This document shows, piece after piece, positions 63,375 to 64,000 of a stretch of DNA of 64,000 nt. A model generated the notes under the pieces. That model was not told the DNA's origin and ran no database searches. It saw only the letters and a list, made by a program, of their open reading frames with translations. Origin of the DNA: Mobula hypostoma (taxonomy: Eukaryota); contig NC_086114.1 of NCBI RefSeq assembly GCF_963921235.1, positions 43,772,001 to 43,836,000 of the forward strand, written 5' to 3'. Made by a program: the position numbers and the translations under genes. Numbering within the stretch: position 1 is the stretch's first letter; the number at the start of each line of letters is the position of its first letter.

Positions 63375-63845
63375 ATTTCTGCAGCCTTCCTCCACCTTCA
63401 CAGCCAGTATGATGTGACACCAACTTCCACCAGCTCCATGGGTGAGGTCTTGATTGGATCGAAAGACCCAACTGCTAACCACAGCTATTACTTATGTGGG
63501 ACTCTATTTTTACGTGAGTATTTTCACTGATTTCTACATTTATTCCAGAACTCCAGCATCACCGTGCTTTTGACCTCCAGTTTTGATCCTGACATGAAAC
63601 TTAAATGATGGGAGTTGGGTTGGGTGTTAAAACCTCTTAGTCGCTAGCCTGGGTAGTGCATTGTTGTGTTGTACGGATCAGTTCTATCCGTGGGTCATGA
63701 AAAATGATGGCAATTGCATCATTTCTGCAGCCTTCCTCCACCTTCACAGCCAGTATGATGTTACACCAACTTCCACCAGCTCCATGGGTGAGGTCTTGAT
63801 TGGATCGAAAGACCCAACTGCTAACCACAGCTATTACTTATGTGG
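63375..63845 (+). repeat. 125-bp direct repeat (63375-63499 and 63721-63845)
   Basis: The two copies are identical except for one substitution (gtgac/gttac). Confidence 0.92.
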
Positions 63846-63935
63846 ATCTCGAATTGGCCTTTACAGCCACCTGAGGACCCACCAATAGACAACCCCCTTA
63901 GGAGAATATCATACTCGACTTGAGTGATTGAATCA
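63840..63935 (+). mobile_element. RTE (BovB-like) LINE extreme 3' end
   Basis: CGSRIGLYSHLRTHQ* matches the RTE C-terminal S.IGL.SH...H motif. Confidence 0.7.
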
Positions 63936-64000
63936 TTGCTAATGCTGCAGTCAAAGCTTCAAGTTTGCCCAACGTAGGCCAACTTGGACTACAATTCACC

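Larger units (their letters stand above)
25249..64000 (+). other. CELF6: CELF6 intron 2 (at least 38.7 kb, continues beyond the window)
   Basis: I could not find the expected next exon (about 49 nt, MNRPIQVKPADSE-like) anywhere downstream by eye. Confidence 0.7.

Noticed and set aside
1-64000. CRISPR arrays, operons or prokaryotic defence systems
   Set aside because: The sequence is vertebrate intergenic/intronic DNA with spliceosomal introns, and I saw no repeat-spacer array.

Overview
Vertebrate genomic DNA, AT-rich and dense in repeats. The repeat content (CR1, Rex1/Babar, RTE, HE1/V-SINE-like, Penelope, Tc1, hAT) suggests a cartilaginous fish such as a ray or shark; this is inference. 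The only host gene I can support is the 5' end of a CELF/Bruno-like RNA-binding protein gene on the + strand, most likely CELF6. Coding exon 1 is at 22870-23110 and exon 2 at 25166-25248 (exon 2 is absent from the ORF track). A long intron 2 then appears to run past the window end. Almost all other ORF-track entries are repeat-derived or chance ORFs. The most interesting structure is a Penelope-like retroelement (PLE) family whose 3' terminus carries a minimal hammerhead ribozyme (CUGAYGA-stem II-GAAACGUC). Three young insertions are tiny fold-back palindromes with arms of 60, 103 and 89 bp. Each has a one-sided tail of about 38 nt and a 13-14 bp target-site duplication (TSD). A fourth TSD-flanked insertion stops at the same internal breakpoint. 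Together they look like footprints of a two-site priming mechanism. Two of the hairpins lie inside the CELF pre-mRNA. Boundaries of old, degraded repeats are approximate and family names were assigned by eye, without any database search.
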